Source of the DNA: Leucoraja erinacea
Taxonomy: Eukaryota
Assembly (NCBI RefSeq): GCF_028641065.1
Contig: NC_073382.1
Location: forward strand, 65,968,001-66,032,000
DNA: 64,000 nucleotides
Reading direction: 5' to 3'
Shown: positions 24,066-37,224 of the stretch, piece by piece
How the letters are laid out: each line of letters opens with the position of its first letter
Numbering within the stretch: the first letter of the stretch is position 1
Position numbers and translations under genes: made by a program
The notes under the pieces: model-generated
What the model saw: the letters and a program-made list of their open reading frames with translations, nothing else
What the model was told of the DNA's origin: nothing
Database searches by the model: none

Positions 24066-24445
24066 AGGGGCTGTCCCACTTGGGCGACCAAATCTGCGAG
24101 TTTGGAAGAGTGTCCTCGACCTTCAAACTCGCAGCATGGTCGACACGTCCTAGGAGGTCCTATGAGGTCGCTGGAACTCTCCTTCACACTCGAGGGAAGT
24201 TCCCGAATACTCGTGGCCTCAGCTAGGTCGCGGAAACATTTTCAGCATGTTGAACAATTTTCCGCAAGTAAAATTTGGTCGGCATGGTTCTTTTGAACTC
24301 GTAGTGCAGTGGAGTGGGGTCACTATTTAGTTAGAGGCAGTCGAGGGCAGCCGTAGGCAATCTCCTTTTTGATTGGCTCATCGGAGTTTTCAGAACCAAG
24401 GAAAACCGACCGATAGGTTCAATGCCTGCTAAACTTTATTATTCT
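24066..24445 (+). mobile_element. Harbinger-like MITE, left arm only (related subfamily)
   Basis: Starts AGGGGCTGTCCCACT; first ~220 bp similar to 26600-26870. Confidence 0.7.
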
Positions 24446-24454
24446 TCTTAAAAG

Positions 24455-24582
24455 TTTCTCCCCCCCCTTTCTCTCCCCCCCTGCTCCCCCCATTCTCCCC
24501 CCCCCCCCCCCCCCCCTCCCCCCCCCCCCTCCCCCCCCCTTCTTCTCCCCCCCCTTCTCCCCCCCCTTCTCCCCCCCCCCTC

Positions 24583-24623
<41 letters not shown>

Positions 24624-24724
24624 TTCCCCCCCCCCTTCTCCCCCCCCCTTCTCCTCCCCCCCCTTCTCCCCCCCGTTCTCTCCCCCCCTTCCCCCCCTTC
24701 TCCCCCCCCTTCATCCCCCCCCTT
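24455..24724. repeat. C/T-rich low-complexity tract
   Basis: About 270 bp of poly-C with 'ttct' spacers. Confidence 0.9.
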
Positions 24725-24989
24725 GTGTTCTCATTAAGGAAATCCATAGTGCCTGCTAGATTCTTTGCACCATGAGAAAAGATGGGGATGAACTTAATGA
24801 AACGTTCCACAGGCTCACATCCTCGAATGTAAATTCACACCCTGACTGTTTCAATAAATTCCTCACAAATGTTTGCAGATAAATACAATGGGTTCCCTTT
24901 TCCAGGATTTCCAGTTATGTAGCGCATGAGATAGAACACATACACGCACATGTGGTTGCAGAGGTGACCGTGCTACTAAATCAGAGGTG

Positions 24990-25650
24990 TCAATTCCGCT
25001 CTCCGGTCCCGGCGGGCGCTCACAGCCACCCGAGCTACTTCCCTCCCCGGCCACAATGCGGTGGCTCTGCGCCCGGAGCGCCGCGACAGCGGTGAGTGAG
25101 TGAGTTTCTGGCATGATCCCCGACCCCCTCCTTCTCAATGCTCCTGCTCTCCCCGCAACTTTACCCCTGGCCAGACTCCCCACACGCTGTGAAATGAACT
25201 CTCCCCCCAATTGGTCCCTTGAACTAGTATTGTCATTCAATAAGATCACAACTGATTCAACTTGTCCTGGTGCGCTCCCATTTTCCCCACCATCTCTCCA
25301 CCTGCTGTCACCTTTCAACCCCCCACCCATTCAGAATGAAGGAGATTTGGAAGCCTTGGGCAAATTGAATTGTTACTTTCTTTTTTTTATTTTTTGAGCG
25401 TGAGAAATTCTATGTCCCGCCAGCCTTCTTTCAAAATTTAGCAACTCAAGATTGGGGGTGCGTCTTCGACGCAGGTGCATCTTCATTGTCGGGAAATACT
25501 GTACTTTATTAAGAGATATGGGTTTTGAAGACTTTATAAAAGTCGACTGACATCTTACAGGGAGGAGAACAATCTGCGCATGTGCGGTTTAAGATTTTTT
25601 AAAAGCCGACTGACTGCCTACCCTGAGTAATTACTCACGGCACGTGCCTG
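24990..25650 (+). mobile_element. 5'-truncated copy of the hAT+TcMar composite element
   Basis: 25110-25650 aligns with 62858-63306, including the TcMar right TIR (ends 25501) and hAT right TIR ACGGCACGTGCCTG (ends 25650); carries an extra ~90 bp near 25300-25390. Confidence 0.85.
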
Positions 25651-26063
25651 ATACCAAGTAATGGAAGAGTGGAGGAGAGCATGGATAAGAGATCTCTGTC
25701 AGAAGAATGGGACACTTTGAATTATGGGGGTAAAGGATAATGTGGGGTTAGAGAGTTACAGATATAGGGCTAATTGAAACAATGGTGATATTTAAGTATG
25801 CAGATCATTTTTAGAAAAGGAATGTTGGCGGTGAATTTGAAAGGGAAATTGTCAGAACCTTTGGAGGATGTCCTTTACAACCGCTATCCAACAGTAAGAC
25901 CAAAAGGGGAAGATAAGTGATCAGTTGTTGAATAAATGTGTAGGAAGGAACTGCGGATGCTGGTTTACACTGAAGATAGACACAAAATGTTTGGGTAACT
26001 CAGCTGGACAGGCAGCATCTCTGAATAGAAGGAATGGATGATGTTTCATCTCCAGACCCTTGT

Positions 26064-26337
26064 TGACCTACTACGACCTACTTCGACTAAACCTACGAGT
26101 AAAAAAATAAATCAATTTTTTCCATGGCGACCTTTTTTTATTTGCAGGCATTTTTCAGCATGTTGAAAATTACGCCACGGCCTAGCTGAGGCCTCAAGTA
26201 TGCGGGAACTACTCTTGAGCATTAAGGAGAGTTACAAAGACCTCCTAGGACCTCGTGTCGACCATGCTGCGAGAGTATGAGTCGAGGGCAAACTATTCTA
26301 ACCTCGCCAATTAGGTCGCCACAGTCGGACAGCCCCT
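26064..26337 (-). mobile_element. Harbinger-like MITE, left arm only
   Basis: Reverse complement of 26600-26870; ends ...GGACAGCCCCT followed by TAA. Confidence 0.8.
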
Positions 26338-26599
26338 TAAGGGTGTCAAAGGTTCAGGGCAGAAGGCAGGAGAATGGTGTTGAGAGGGAAAGATAGATCC
26401 GCCATGATTAATGGTGGCGTAGAGTCAATGGGCTGAATGGCCTAATTCTGCTCCTATGACATGAATTTATTAACAATAGGAATAATGGGACTTTGGTCAA
26501 TACAATTCAAATTCCTAAGACTTAATGGGGTAATTTTTTCAGACATATCTGGGTGCGTGAGATAAAGTGGTTTGCAATAGTCAGATGGAAGCTGAGTAA

Positions 26600-27155
26600 A
26601 GGGGCTGTCCCACTGCGACGACCTAATCCGTGAATTCAGACAAGTTTGCCCTCGACTCATACTCGCAACATGGTCAACACGAGGTCCTAGGAGGACCTCT
26701 CCTTCATGCTCGAGAGTAGTTCCCACGTACTCGAGGCCTCAGCTAGGTCGCAGCGTATTTTCTAACATGTTGAAAAATGCCTTCGAGTAAAAAAAGGTTG
26801 CCATTGAAAAAATCAATATTTTTTTTACTCGTATGTTTAGTCGAAGTGGGTCGTAGTAGGTCGGCATGTTATTTGTAGGTAATCGAGGGGTCGAAGGTAA
26901 TCGAAGGTAGTCTTCAACATAGTCGAAGGGAGGTCAAAGGAGATCGAAGGAGGTAGTCTTCACTCTCCACTATTCGGTGTCCAATTTTCCCGAAGCTAGT
27001 CGAAGCTGGTCGTAGCTAGTCGAAGCTAGTCTTCAACATAGTCGAAGGAGGTCTTCTACATAGTCAAAGGAGGTCTTCAACATGACAATTTTTCAAACTT
27101 ATTTTTTAAACTCTTCTAAACTCGCCAATTAATTTGCCGAAGTGGGACAGCCCCT
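26600..27155 (+). mobile_element. Harbinger-like MITE, full length
   Basis: Perfect 15-bp TIR AGGGGCTGTCCCACT / AGTGGGACAGCCCCT; flanks TAA / AAA; internal (tcgaag)n sub-repeats. Confidence 0.8.
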
Positions 27156-27904
27156 AAAGGAAGAGCAAGTGGGAATGACAGAAGTGCCTGATTTCCATTC
27201 TTTCACTAAAATCAGACCTCCTTTATGAATGATTCAGTCGAATGGATAGAGGGCTGGAAAGATCCACCAGAGTTAATGCACTTTTGAAATCGGAGTTAAT
27301 GCACTTTTGAAATGTGGAGAAAGATTATTGTAGAGAGGTTCTATCATGTACACATTTTATTGCAGTTCACTCAATAAAACGTGCAGCATGACAAATGCTG
27401 CTCTTCTCTTCCAATCTGCCGATTTTCCCTGTGGTACTTAGTTTATCGTACAAAATAATGAAAAGCTGCAAGAATCCTGTCAGCTTCCATTGGTTTCATA
27501 GGGTCATCAGGTTCTCAGTGTGCTCAAATGCTGGAGCTGTCTAACTTTATTTTCAGTAGTGTTACTGCTCAAAGGAACCAGAGCCTGTTTTATGAATCCG
27601 CCCTGAGACAAGGACCAATGGAAGAATGAAATTAGAACACAGTAGAAGATAGAAAAATGAATGACAGTACATACCGGTGGGCTGGGACCAAAACAATGAT
27701 GGGGTTGGACTAGATTCTTCTACTTAGCTAACAGATTAATTGATGTCCTTTCCTGCAAAGTTTGCAGGGAATACACTAGCCATTTTCAGCAGAAGTGCAG
27801 AATTTCCCAATTTGATTGGAATTGTATACTCATGGAAATGTACAGCAAAAGACTGGTTCTTTGGCCCACAATGTCAATGCCAACCTGTTTACTATCTACA
27901 CTAA

Positions 27905-28072
27905 ATGTTTAAGAAGGAACTGCAGATGCTGGAAAATCGAAGGTAGACAAAAATGCTGGAGAAACTCAGCGGGTGCAGCTGAAGAAGAGTTTTGGTCTGA
28001 AACATTGCCTATTTCCTTCACTCCATAGATGTTGCTGCACCCGCTGAGTTTTTCCAGCATTTTAGTCTACCT
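27905..28072. mobile_element. Penelope-derived palindromic element inserted in a CR1 tail
   Basis: Flanking direct repeat ATCTACACTAA (27894-27904 / 28076-28086); host CR1 3' fragment on the minus strand spans ~27835-28340. Confidence 0.8.
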
Positions 28073-28387
28073 ACCATCTACACTAATCCCAGTTTCCTGT
28101 ATTAGGACTGTATTCCTTCTAGACCTTCCCAATTTAAGTGTCTGTTTAAGTGCTGCTTAAAAGTAATCTTTGTATCTGATTGCACCATGTTCATTGGCTG
28201 CACATTATAAATATTTCCCCTCGGATCGCTTTTAAAACTCTTTCCTCTCGCCTTAAAACAATCCCCTCTTATTTTTGATACTCCTGGGATGAGAAAAGAT
28301 TTTGACACCGATCATATCAATGCTTCTCACAATCTTATAGACTGCAGTGTATGCAAAATGTACACATGGCAATCACACACAAATAGA

Positions 28388-28981
28388 GGGCATGTCCCAC
28401 TGTGGGGACCTAATTTGCGAGTTTAGAAGAGTTTAGGAGAGTTTAAAAAAGTGTCATGGTCGTGTTGTATTGCCGAAATAGAACACCTCCTACGACCTCC
28501 TTCGACTACGTAGAGAACCTCCTACGAATATATAAAAGACCTCCTTCGATCTCCTTCGACTATGTTGAAGGTTAGCTTCAACTAGCTTCGGGAAAGTTGG
28601 ACACCGCGTAGCGGAGAGTGAAGATGACCACCTTCGACTATAGTAACACTATCTATGACTACCTTCGATTACCTTCGATTGTCTTCGATTACCTATGAAT
28701 AACATGCCGACCTACTACAACGTACTTCGACTAAACCTACAAGTAAAAAAAATATAGATTTTTTTTTCCCATGCCGACCAATTTTTACTCGCGGACAATT
28801 TTCAGCATGCTAAAATATACTCCTCGACCAATCTGAGGCCTCGAGTATGCGGGAACTTCTCTCGAGCATGAAGGAGAGTTACATAGACCTCCTAGGACCA
28901 CGTGTCAACCATGCTGCGAGTTTGAGTCGAGCGCAAACTCTTCTAAACTCGCAAATCAGGTCCCCGCAGTGAGACAGGCCC
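28388..28981 (-). mobile_element. Harbinger-like MITE, full length, inverted relative to 26600-27155
   Basis: GGGCATGTCCCACTG ... CAGTGAGACAGGCCC, flanked by AGA on both sides (3-bp TSD). Confidence 0.8.
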
Positions 28982-29544
28982 AGAACTCCAGAAAAACTCC
29001 AGAGACAGCTTTTTATCATTTCAGCACAAATTTCTATATTCATGAATTTTTATACTGATTATTTATGTTGCACTTTTGTGACTTCCACAAATTTATTCTC
29101 ATCTGATTTATATAACATTCTATTGTGTACATCTTGAGGTGATTATTAAGCTAAAAAGGATATTTTGAAAATAAGATTTTCAAGAAAGGATTTTGCTTGA
29201 GCCGTGGCAATTATTCACCAAATCCTTCCCTCTGGTATTCATTCTTCCCTGATCTAACAATAAACATATTTAAAAAATGGCTCTGAAGCCTGCTTGGAGA
29301 GTGATGTCCATGTTAGTGCCAGCTACCTTTCTGAGTCAGCGTGCATTAATTCACACAAAGATAGCATTTAATCTGTACGATATTGAGGAGTTCTAGCAAA
29401 AGACCTGTGTTGAAGGTCAGGCTGAAATGTCCAGTGACTGGAGTGATAATTGGCAGTAATGAAGGTAGTTGTGGTTGACTGGGACCAATCAGTGTTTGCT
29501 GATGATTTCACACAGTTCAACTCTATTTCCAATTTGGTGGTGCA

Positions 29545-29877
29545 GGCGGCACGGTGGCGCAGAGGTCGAGTTGCTGCCTTACAGCGCTTGCAGCACCAGA
29601 GACCGGGCTCCATCCCGACTATGGGTGATGTCTGTACGGAGTTTGTACGTTCTACCCGTGACGGCATGGGTTTTCTCCAAGATCTTCGGTTTCCTCCCGC
29701 ACTCCAAAGACGTACAGGTTTGTAGGTTAATTCCCTTTGGTTTGTATACTTGATGTAAGTGTAATTTGTCCTGAGTGTGTGTAAGCTTGTGTTAATGTGC
29801 AGGGATCGCTGGTCAGTGCGGACTTGGTGGGCCGAAGGGCCTGTTTGCGTGTTGTATCTCTAAACTAAACTAAGCTA
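29545..29877 (+). mobile_element. Full-length tRNA-derived SINE (HE1/V-SINE-like)
   Basis: A box TGGCGCAGAGG, degenerate B box GGCTCCATCCC, body 'ggtttcctcccgcactccaaagacgtacagg', CR1-like tail 'gggccgaagggcctgttt' plus (ctaaa)n. Confidence 0.88.
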
Positions 29878-30022
29878 CAGTCGGATAACATCCATAGTGG
29901 GTTGATTAGTTATAGGAAGTATTGTTAGTACAGGGAAATGTCCATCTGCACTTCCAAAACATTCATTTGCATTACATCCTGAATCACACGCCAATAATGC
30001 CTGAGGTCACAGTTCTCTAGAC

Positions 30023-30190
30023 CAGTGATTCCCAACCTGGGGCCATATGGCAAATTTCAGGGGGGCCACAGAATAAATTGGGGATTCATTGTAGGGGGCC
30101 ACTTTTTTCCGCTAATAATGTCAGGGGGGGGGCACAGAAAAATTAAAAAGCCCAAGGGGGCCATGAACTAAAAAAGGTTGGGAACCACTG
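30023..30190. mobile_element. hAT-Charlie-like MITE, 168 bp
   Basis: TIR CAGTGATTCCCAACCT / AGGTTGGGAACCACTG (15/16); 8-bp TSD CTCTAGAC / TTCTAGAC, the NTCTAGAN target typical of Charlie elements. Confidence 0.9.
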
Positions 30191-31399
30191 TTCTAGACCC
30201 TGGAACCAAAAACAAACTGCTGGAAGAAGTCAGCATTTCTGTGGAGACGATGGGGATGCATCAGGTAACTTCAGTGAAGACAAGCGGATTTTGGGCCAGG
30301 ACCCTGTATCAAGAAGGGGGGGGGGGGATTTAAAAGGTGAACAAAGGATGAGTGAACCCAGATGGTTTGGGTCACCTGAAATTGAAAATTGCAAGTCAAT
30401 TTTCACACCTTTGGGCTGAATGCTGCCCAAGTGTTGTGTTTCCCTGATTTGTGTTTGGCCTCACCTTTGTGCTGACGTAGGCCAAGGACAGATAGAGTGA
30501 TGTGGGAATGGAAAGGGGAGTATAAATAGAAGTCAAGTTGACCATTGCAGACAGAGCACAGGTACCCTGCAAAATGGTTCCCTGGACTATGTTCATATCC
30601 TGTTCATGTGCACCATATCAACCTGGTCAATTGCATTTGGTGTTTGCAATGTGGTCTCTTTGCAAGATCAAATGAAGTCATTTTCTTCACCTTTTTCCAT
30701 CCCTATGTACCTAGTTAGCCAGACTCTTTACCCCCCCTCACTTATTTGAGGCAAGCATGACACGAAAGCTTTCTTTGATTTAAGGAGCTTTGATTTAATC
30801 TCACATCTGGCATGGATAGCAATAGGTGCTCTTAAAATGCATCAGGCGTCTTTGCCTGCTGCTGTTGTCAAAATCAGTTCCATGCATTCGAGAAAAGATT
30901 TGCTCTTTCCTTGACTGATGCTGAGCTTTTATGGTATGAAGATAACAGGGAAGTTAGAATGTTGCTCTGCGGAATAATCTGCAGTTCAACTGTTCATTTA
31001 TCTGTTTTCTTCAAAGCTGCCAGTTAACATGTTGAGTGATGTAGTAGATTTTGTTTCCTATGAAATAACCTGACAATCTATCGCTTGGCCATTTTATCTT
31101 ATGAACACCTTCACGCAATTGTTATTGCCTCCTTTGGTCGATATTTGGACCATTGTTTTTGAATAACAGATTTTGAGAACAACTGCAACATCTTTGGAAT
31201 TCAGGTGCTATTTGCTACTTTCAAAATTTGAGGTCAAATATTAACAGAAATATTGAGGTGAAATATTGAGGCCACACAAATTGAGGTCAAATATTAACAG
31301 CAAAATGTTGAAGTTGTAGTTACCTGAAGATTAAATTTCATGACAGAGATGATCTTCAAAAGATGAACACATCTACTATTCATGTTTTATTCAGTTTCA

Positions 31400-32651
31400 T
31401 CTGTACTATTATTAAAAGTCTCATCTTGTTAACTTCCTGACTACGTTGTAAATACATTTTTGAAAAAACGCTGCACTATATCGCTATGATTTTTTCGTCA
31501 TCATACTCACCATCCTCCTCTCCCCCAACCGCCCCAAGGTTTTTTCCGATTGGTGAAATAATAAAATAGTTATGAATGTTTAAAAAATTGGGAGATTAGC
31601 AGATTGGTCTTCTCGCCTGCGAGTCACCATAATGAAGGTAACGCCCCTTCCTGGGGGCCAGGAAAATAAAATCCCGGAGGCCGGACGTGAGTCAGTCAGC
31701 CCAGAAGACCGTGAGTAAGAGTTGAGTCCAGAATAGTGAGTCTACACTGTGTGTGAACTGAACTGTGAGTCTGTACTGTGCTGCTTGAACTGAATTGAAG
31801 GGTTGGTCTGCAAACTGTGCTGCTTGAACTGAATGTCGTGCTCATTACTGGAAGTCCCGCTCACTGCGGAAGTCCCGCTCAGGGGAAAGGCCGCGCTCAA
31901 CCGCGTGAGTAGATTCAAGAGAGTTTTACTGTCATATATATGTTGTGTGTGAGTGTGTGATGGATGCTGTGAAGAGATAGTGTGTCAGAGATGGTGCTTG
32001 TGTGAGATGGTGGATGTGTGTATGAGATGGAGGGTGTGTGTGTGTGAGATGGAAGGAGTGTATGTGAGTGTGTGTGTGTGAGATGGAGGATGTGTGTCTG
32101 TGCAATGGAGGGTGTGAGTGTGACGGAGGGTGTGTGTGAACCCATCAGCCATGAGTGAGTCAGCTGCCAGCCCACCAGCTGTGAATCAACTGCCAGCCCG
32201 CCAGCCGTGAGTCAACTGCCAGCCCACCAGCCGTGAGTGAGTCAGCTGCCAGCCCACCTGCCATGAGTGTCGGCTGCCAGCCCACCAGCCGTGAGTGAGT
32301 CGCTGCCAGCCCACCAGCCGTGAGTGAGTCGGCTGCCAGCCCACCAGCCGTGAGGGACTCGGTTGCCTTCCCACCAGCATGAGTGACTGAGCTGCCAGCA
32401 CACCAGGCCCGAGTGACTGAGCTGCCAGCCCACCAGCCCGAGTGACTGAGCTGCCAGCCCACCAGGCCCGAGTGACTGAGCTGCCAGCCCAAGAATCCAT
32501 TCGGCCCACCCACAATGCCCATACTAGCACTCCAGAAAGCCCCCACTGGCCACCAATATTGGAATTAGTCGAGAGGTGGAATATTGCATTGGGGGACCAG
32601 CCCTCTCGTGTGAACATGGGACCCAATGGGACCCAATCCCACTTAATCTAG
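31400..32651 (+). mobile_element. Non-autonomous Helitron-like element (copy 3)
   Basis: A|TCTGTACTATTATTAAAAGTCTCATCTTG ... gggacccaa...tcccacttaat-CTAG|T; A|T target, no TSD; 3' ~500 bp shared with copies 1 and 5. Confidence 0.8.
31940..32492. repeat. TG-rich tract followed by a 22-30 bp minisatellite, inside Helitron copy 3
   Basis: 'gtgagtcagctgccagcccaccagcc' unit, about 12 copies at 32140-32492. Confidence 0.9.
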
Positions 32652-32906
32652 TTTACAACGAAATGCAACATTTAGAGTTAACAATTATCATTTACTTTGT
32701 TCCAAGGTGGTGCCCTATTGTACCACAGAGACTCATTTGAGTTTTGCTTCTTTATATCTTAACACTTCAAATATGTGTGGATTTCTGCTATGATGAATTT
32801 GCGATATTTTTGAATTTTAGTCACAAAGATGTCTACTTTGGCAGAATACAATGTTTACCCTAATTGCTCAGTTTGATGCTCCCTCATATTTACTCCACTT
32901 TCAATA

Positions 32907-33231
32907 TAGTTTAGTTTAGTTTAGTTTAGAGATACAGTGCGGAAACAGGCCCTTCGGCTCACTGAGTCTGCACCGACCAGCGATCACTAGTACATTAACA
33001 CTATCCCACACACACAAGGGACATTTTTTTAATTTACCAAGCCAATTTACCTACATACCTGTACGTCTTTGGAGTGTGAGAGGAAATCGAAGATCTCGGA
33101 GAAAACCGACGCGGTCACGGGGAGAACATGCTAATTCCGTACAGACAACATCCGCAGTTGGGATCGAACCTGGGTCACCGGTGCTGCAAGTGTTGTAAGG
33201 CAACAACTCTACCACTGTGCCACCATGCCGC
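32907..33231 (-). mobile_element. Full-length tRNA-derived SINE
   Basis: Reverse-complement match to 29545-29877; B box GGTTCGATCCC; (tttag)n tail. Confidence 0.88.
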
Positions 33232-34069
33232 ACGGGGGACCATGCTAGAGTAAAGCTTAGCTTGAAATTGTCTTTTCGCACTTATGGTGGCCTTCAGGAA
33301 GTTGCATCTGGACTTATATGATACAGTATCGCCAGTCATAAACACCACAGATCCAGCCTAAATCGCCTGGTTCATCCGCAGTATACGGTTGGAGAAGAAT
33401 AAGGTACATATTCATCCATGCATTTCTTTATGAAGTTGACAAATCCTGGAATATGGTCCAGTCCACTCATTTGAAGCCCTCCACCATAGGCCACAGATGT
33501 AAACCTGCAGGGGTTGGATTACCTACTTTGTTGCAGAAAACCAGCTTTAAGCTCCCCTTTGAGCAAATAATTTGTGTCCTTATTGCATAAGAATATCCCA
33601 GCTTTAGCTTCTATTTCTTGGCATCATTGGTTTTGTACAGTACTGAGCAGAAACAGTAAAACATAACTGGAACTTGGCATTATATGAATATTATTATAAC
33701 AACATCAATCATTGGAACATGCTAGGAGGGCATGAATAAGTGGGGGACTACAGGGGTGGGGGGCAAGCAATATGATCAGAATATATTTTTTCTTGGCAAT
33801 ATTACAGTTTGCATATTTATAGATTACGTAAAAGCAAAATGCTACCAATGCTATTAAGTAAAAACAGGATTTGCTGGATAGACTCAGAATCAGGCAGCAA
33901 TGTGGAGACGGTTAATGTTTCCAAGGGATGATCGTTCAATAGAGCTAGGAAAATATAAAGTTGACCAGGTTCCAAGATGCAAAAAAAGGAGAGAAAAGAG
34001 CTAAAGGGGACATCTATGATAAGGTGGATAGCAAAAAAGATTAAATGACAAAAGCAGAGACCATGCAAG

Positions 34070-34280
34070 TGTTTAAGAAGGAATTGCAGATGCTGGAAAA
34101 TCGAAGGTACACAAAAATGCTGGAGAAACTCAGCGGGTGCAGCAACATCTATGGAGCGAAGGAAATAGGCAACGTTTCGGGCCGTCTGAAGAAGGGTTTC
34201 GGCCCGAAACGTTGCCTATTTCCTTCACTCCATAGATGCTGCTGCACCCGCTGAGTTTCTCCAGCATTTTTGTGTACCCT
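34070..34280. mobile_element. Young Penelope-derived palindromic element with 14-bp TSD
   Basis: Near-perfect ~78-bp inverted arms (34106-34183 / 34201-34278); TSD AGAGACCATGCAAG at 34056-34069 / 34281-34294; hammerhead core CTGAAGA-a-GGGTT-tc-GGCCC-GAAACGTT at 34186-34213. Confidence 0.88.
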
Positions 34281-36142
34281 AGAGACCATGCAAGGCCCAC
34301 ATTGCAATTAATTTGAATTGTGCGGGAGACTGACAACATTGTGATCAGAGTGGAAACATGGAACAAAATCAAAGTGACAGGAATTTCAAATCCTGCTTGT
34401 GGCTGAGAGATGTGCAAAGTGATCACCTAATCTGTACCTATCCCCGAAGTATGCTTTCAGAATGATGAATGCAGCATACTAAATTGAAAGAAGCACAAAT
34501 AAATCACTGTTACGTCTGGAAATATTAGTTGGGGCTGTAAGTGTTGGGGAAGATATGTGGGTGTCACAATAGAATAGTCATCATAGAATGGTGAAGAATA
34601 GGGAATGTGCTGGGAATGGCAGTAGGGGAAGCTGCTGCATTGTTGTGTCATTTGATCCAGACAATTCTGAGGCTAATGAGGTGGAATCTAAGGTCACAGA
34701 TGATTCTTTTGTGATTGTGGGAAGGAGTAAAAAAGATGAGAGCAGAGTTCCAGGAAATAAATCAGATACAGCAGAGAACCCAGTCAACTCATAGTGGAGA
34801 CGTATCCTTAATTGAGGAAGCAACAATGGAAGAGCAAAAGAAAACCGATGTTGGATCTCGACCGGAAACATCTACTATCCTTTAATCTCCACAGATTCTG
34901 CTTCACCCACTGAGTTTCTCCAGCAATTTGTGGGATTCTGCTAGAGATTACAGCATCTTAACCTGGGTGGGCAAAATAGAAGCATTGAAATGGAAGGTAA
35001 GGTCATCAAATTATGCATGTTTCATATTATGGACAATTTTTCCACAATTTTAAGGTTTGGAATGGGAGGCATTGGTCAGGAGTATTATCTGACAAAATCA
35101 TGCATTCTGACCAGGTTTTGGTTAACCTACTCCCCTACTTTAACTCATGACTATTTTGTTAACTAATTTTCCTGGGCACCTTCTAGGACATTTTTTCATG
35201 TTTTTGGGCCCGTACATAAACAGGATGTCACTGTCATTCTGTCTGGGGATACATCCTAGAAGTTCCTATCACAGAAGTGCTTTCACCAGCAGGAGTTGCT
35301 TAAGCATTAGTAAAAATAATCAAAAGTTCTTCCTTTCCACCTGATCTGAACTTCATAGCAATTTTCTGACCTGTTTGCCTGCTGTGATTCATTCTGTCGC
35401 GAGGAACGTGAGAAAACTCATTATACACTTAAATTCTTTGAGTGCAGACATTAAGGAAGGAAAGCCTGTGGTTTTCCCAACTGCTTCAGCAATGTGCTTA
35501 TTTCAATTATGTGGTAAAGGCCAATAAAGTTCACTGGGAATAGATAACTTATAGTGCCAATGTTCATTTTTTGTTAGCAACAATTAGATTGTAAATTACG
35601 GCGATTGTTTTCAATACAGTTTGCTCTTTAGATTTAGGAACAACACAATAAAGTCGGGATGCCTTCATCATTTAAGATTTTAGATATGTGCCACATATGT
35701 CAATATACCACCCACTGTATATACAAGCCCACCCACAGGTGCCTGGCAATGATGGAAGCAGCCATCCTGCATAGGATTAGGCTTGCAGTCTCAGAACTGT
35801 CACTTCTTTCGCTCAGGGGAATCTGTAACTGCCAAACTACCCAAAGGCATCAAACTGCAGTGGCAGCCGAGTTGACCACAACCTTCGATTTTACACTTGT
35901 CTTTCCTTCCAGGCTCAAAGAGCGGGCAACAGCAGCTGTACATAGAGTTGTCAAGTAAAGGTATAAACGTATTGCTCAGTATAACAGACAATAGTTTTAT
36001 TTCCTATACTGCTAAATGTGAACTGCAGTATAAAATAAATACTTAATTCATCGTATTGCAGGATTTTCGAAAGCGCACTAACTTATTGGCAATATCTATT
36101 TGCTGTTAGGACCTCTGACACAATGCCACAGCTTGCATCATA

Positions 36143-37224
36143 TCAGATATAATATAAAACACTGATCTTGGATGTTTACTTGTGGGGATGTTTGCTTGCT
36201 TGAACATTTTCTTTGATTTACATCTCCTCGAAAACCTGAAGCGGTAACGGTGACATTTTTACATATTCCGGTACAGATATACCTCATGATTTCAAAAATT
36301 CCCTCATCTGTAAATTTGATACATTATTTCCCGAACTTTTTACTAAAATTGTTCACCAATCTGACATCTTTTTAAAATCTAACGTGCTGAAGCGAGCTGG
36401 ATGACGTCACAATGCCTTTGTTCCTCGCAGCAAGCTGCGCAGAATTTTCAACGCGCAGGGCACTGTTTTCCACCCCCCCCAGCTCAGGATTGAATCCGTA
36501 TCTGATCAAGTCACGTTCGCACTCCACTGGGCTCCTTCAAGTTCTACAACATGGTGGCGGCGGTCGTTATCGCAGCGCGGGTGCGGACAAGCGCAGTGGA
36601 CGTGGACGTGGACCAGTGGCCGTGGCTGACGTCACAGGGGATGACCTCTTTGCCGTCGCAGGGGATGACCTCTTCTATATCTCCCCCACCCGATCGTCCG
36701 TCACGCTGGTGGGAGTGCTTACCCTCGCGGAAGCCACCCATCCCTCTCTGTCCCCCTCCCTCAGCCCCCCCTCCTCCTTCTCTGCCCCGCTCCCTCTCTG
36801 TCCCCCTTCCTCTCTGCCCCTACCTCCTTCTCTGCCCCCTCTCCCTCTCTACCCACCCCACCCTCACTGCCCCCCTCCTTCTCTAGGGAGTGGTGAAATA
36901 TTGGGACCTATGGGTTAGTGGTGGAGTATTGCGTTCGGGAACCAGCCCACCCCCTGTGATGCCACCTTCCCCACCCCTCAATCTCTACCCCCCTCCCTCT
37001 CCACCCCCCCTCTCTGGTCGCGCCTGCGCTGTTGGAGGTTATACGTGAGTGGATAGGGTGGGGGATGGGGTGAAAGGAGTGAATGAAAAATATTAATATA
37101 ATATAAAGGGGGGGTTAGTGTGTGTGTGTGGGATGGTTCGTGTGTGTGACGCCGAAGGTCGCCCCATCCCCCCCTGCAAGCGCGCATTGAGGAGACGGGA
37201 CCCAACGGATCCCCCTTGGTCTAG
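36143..37224 (+). mobile_element. Non-autonomous Helitron-like element (copy 4, different internal modules)
   Basis: A|TCAGATATAATATAAAACACTGATCTTG ... gggacccaacggatccc-ccttggt-CTAG|T; shares 'tgacgtcacaatgcc' with copy 2. Confidence 0.75.

Noticed and set aside
24448-24810. Gly/Arg-rich ORF (also the poly-G/poly-P ORFs at ~3.9 and ~18.6 kb)
   Set aside because: Translation artefacts of homopolymer tracts whose length may itself be a sequencing error.
27270-27313. Tandem duplication of GAGTTAATGCACTTTTGAAAT
   Set aside because: Simple local duplication with no further structure; the same applies to 31225-31300.
29545-29620. tRNA-like sequence with A and B boxes
   Set aside because: It is the head of a SINE, with body and tail attached and no full cloverleaf.
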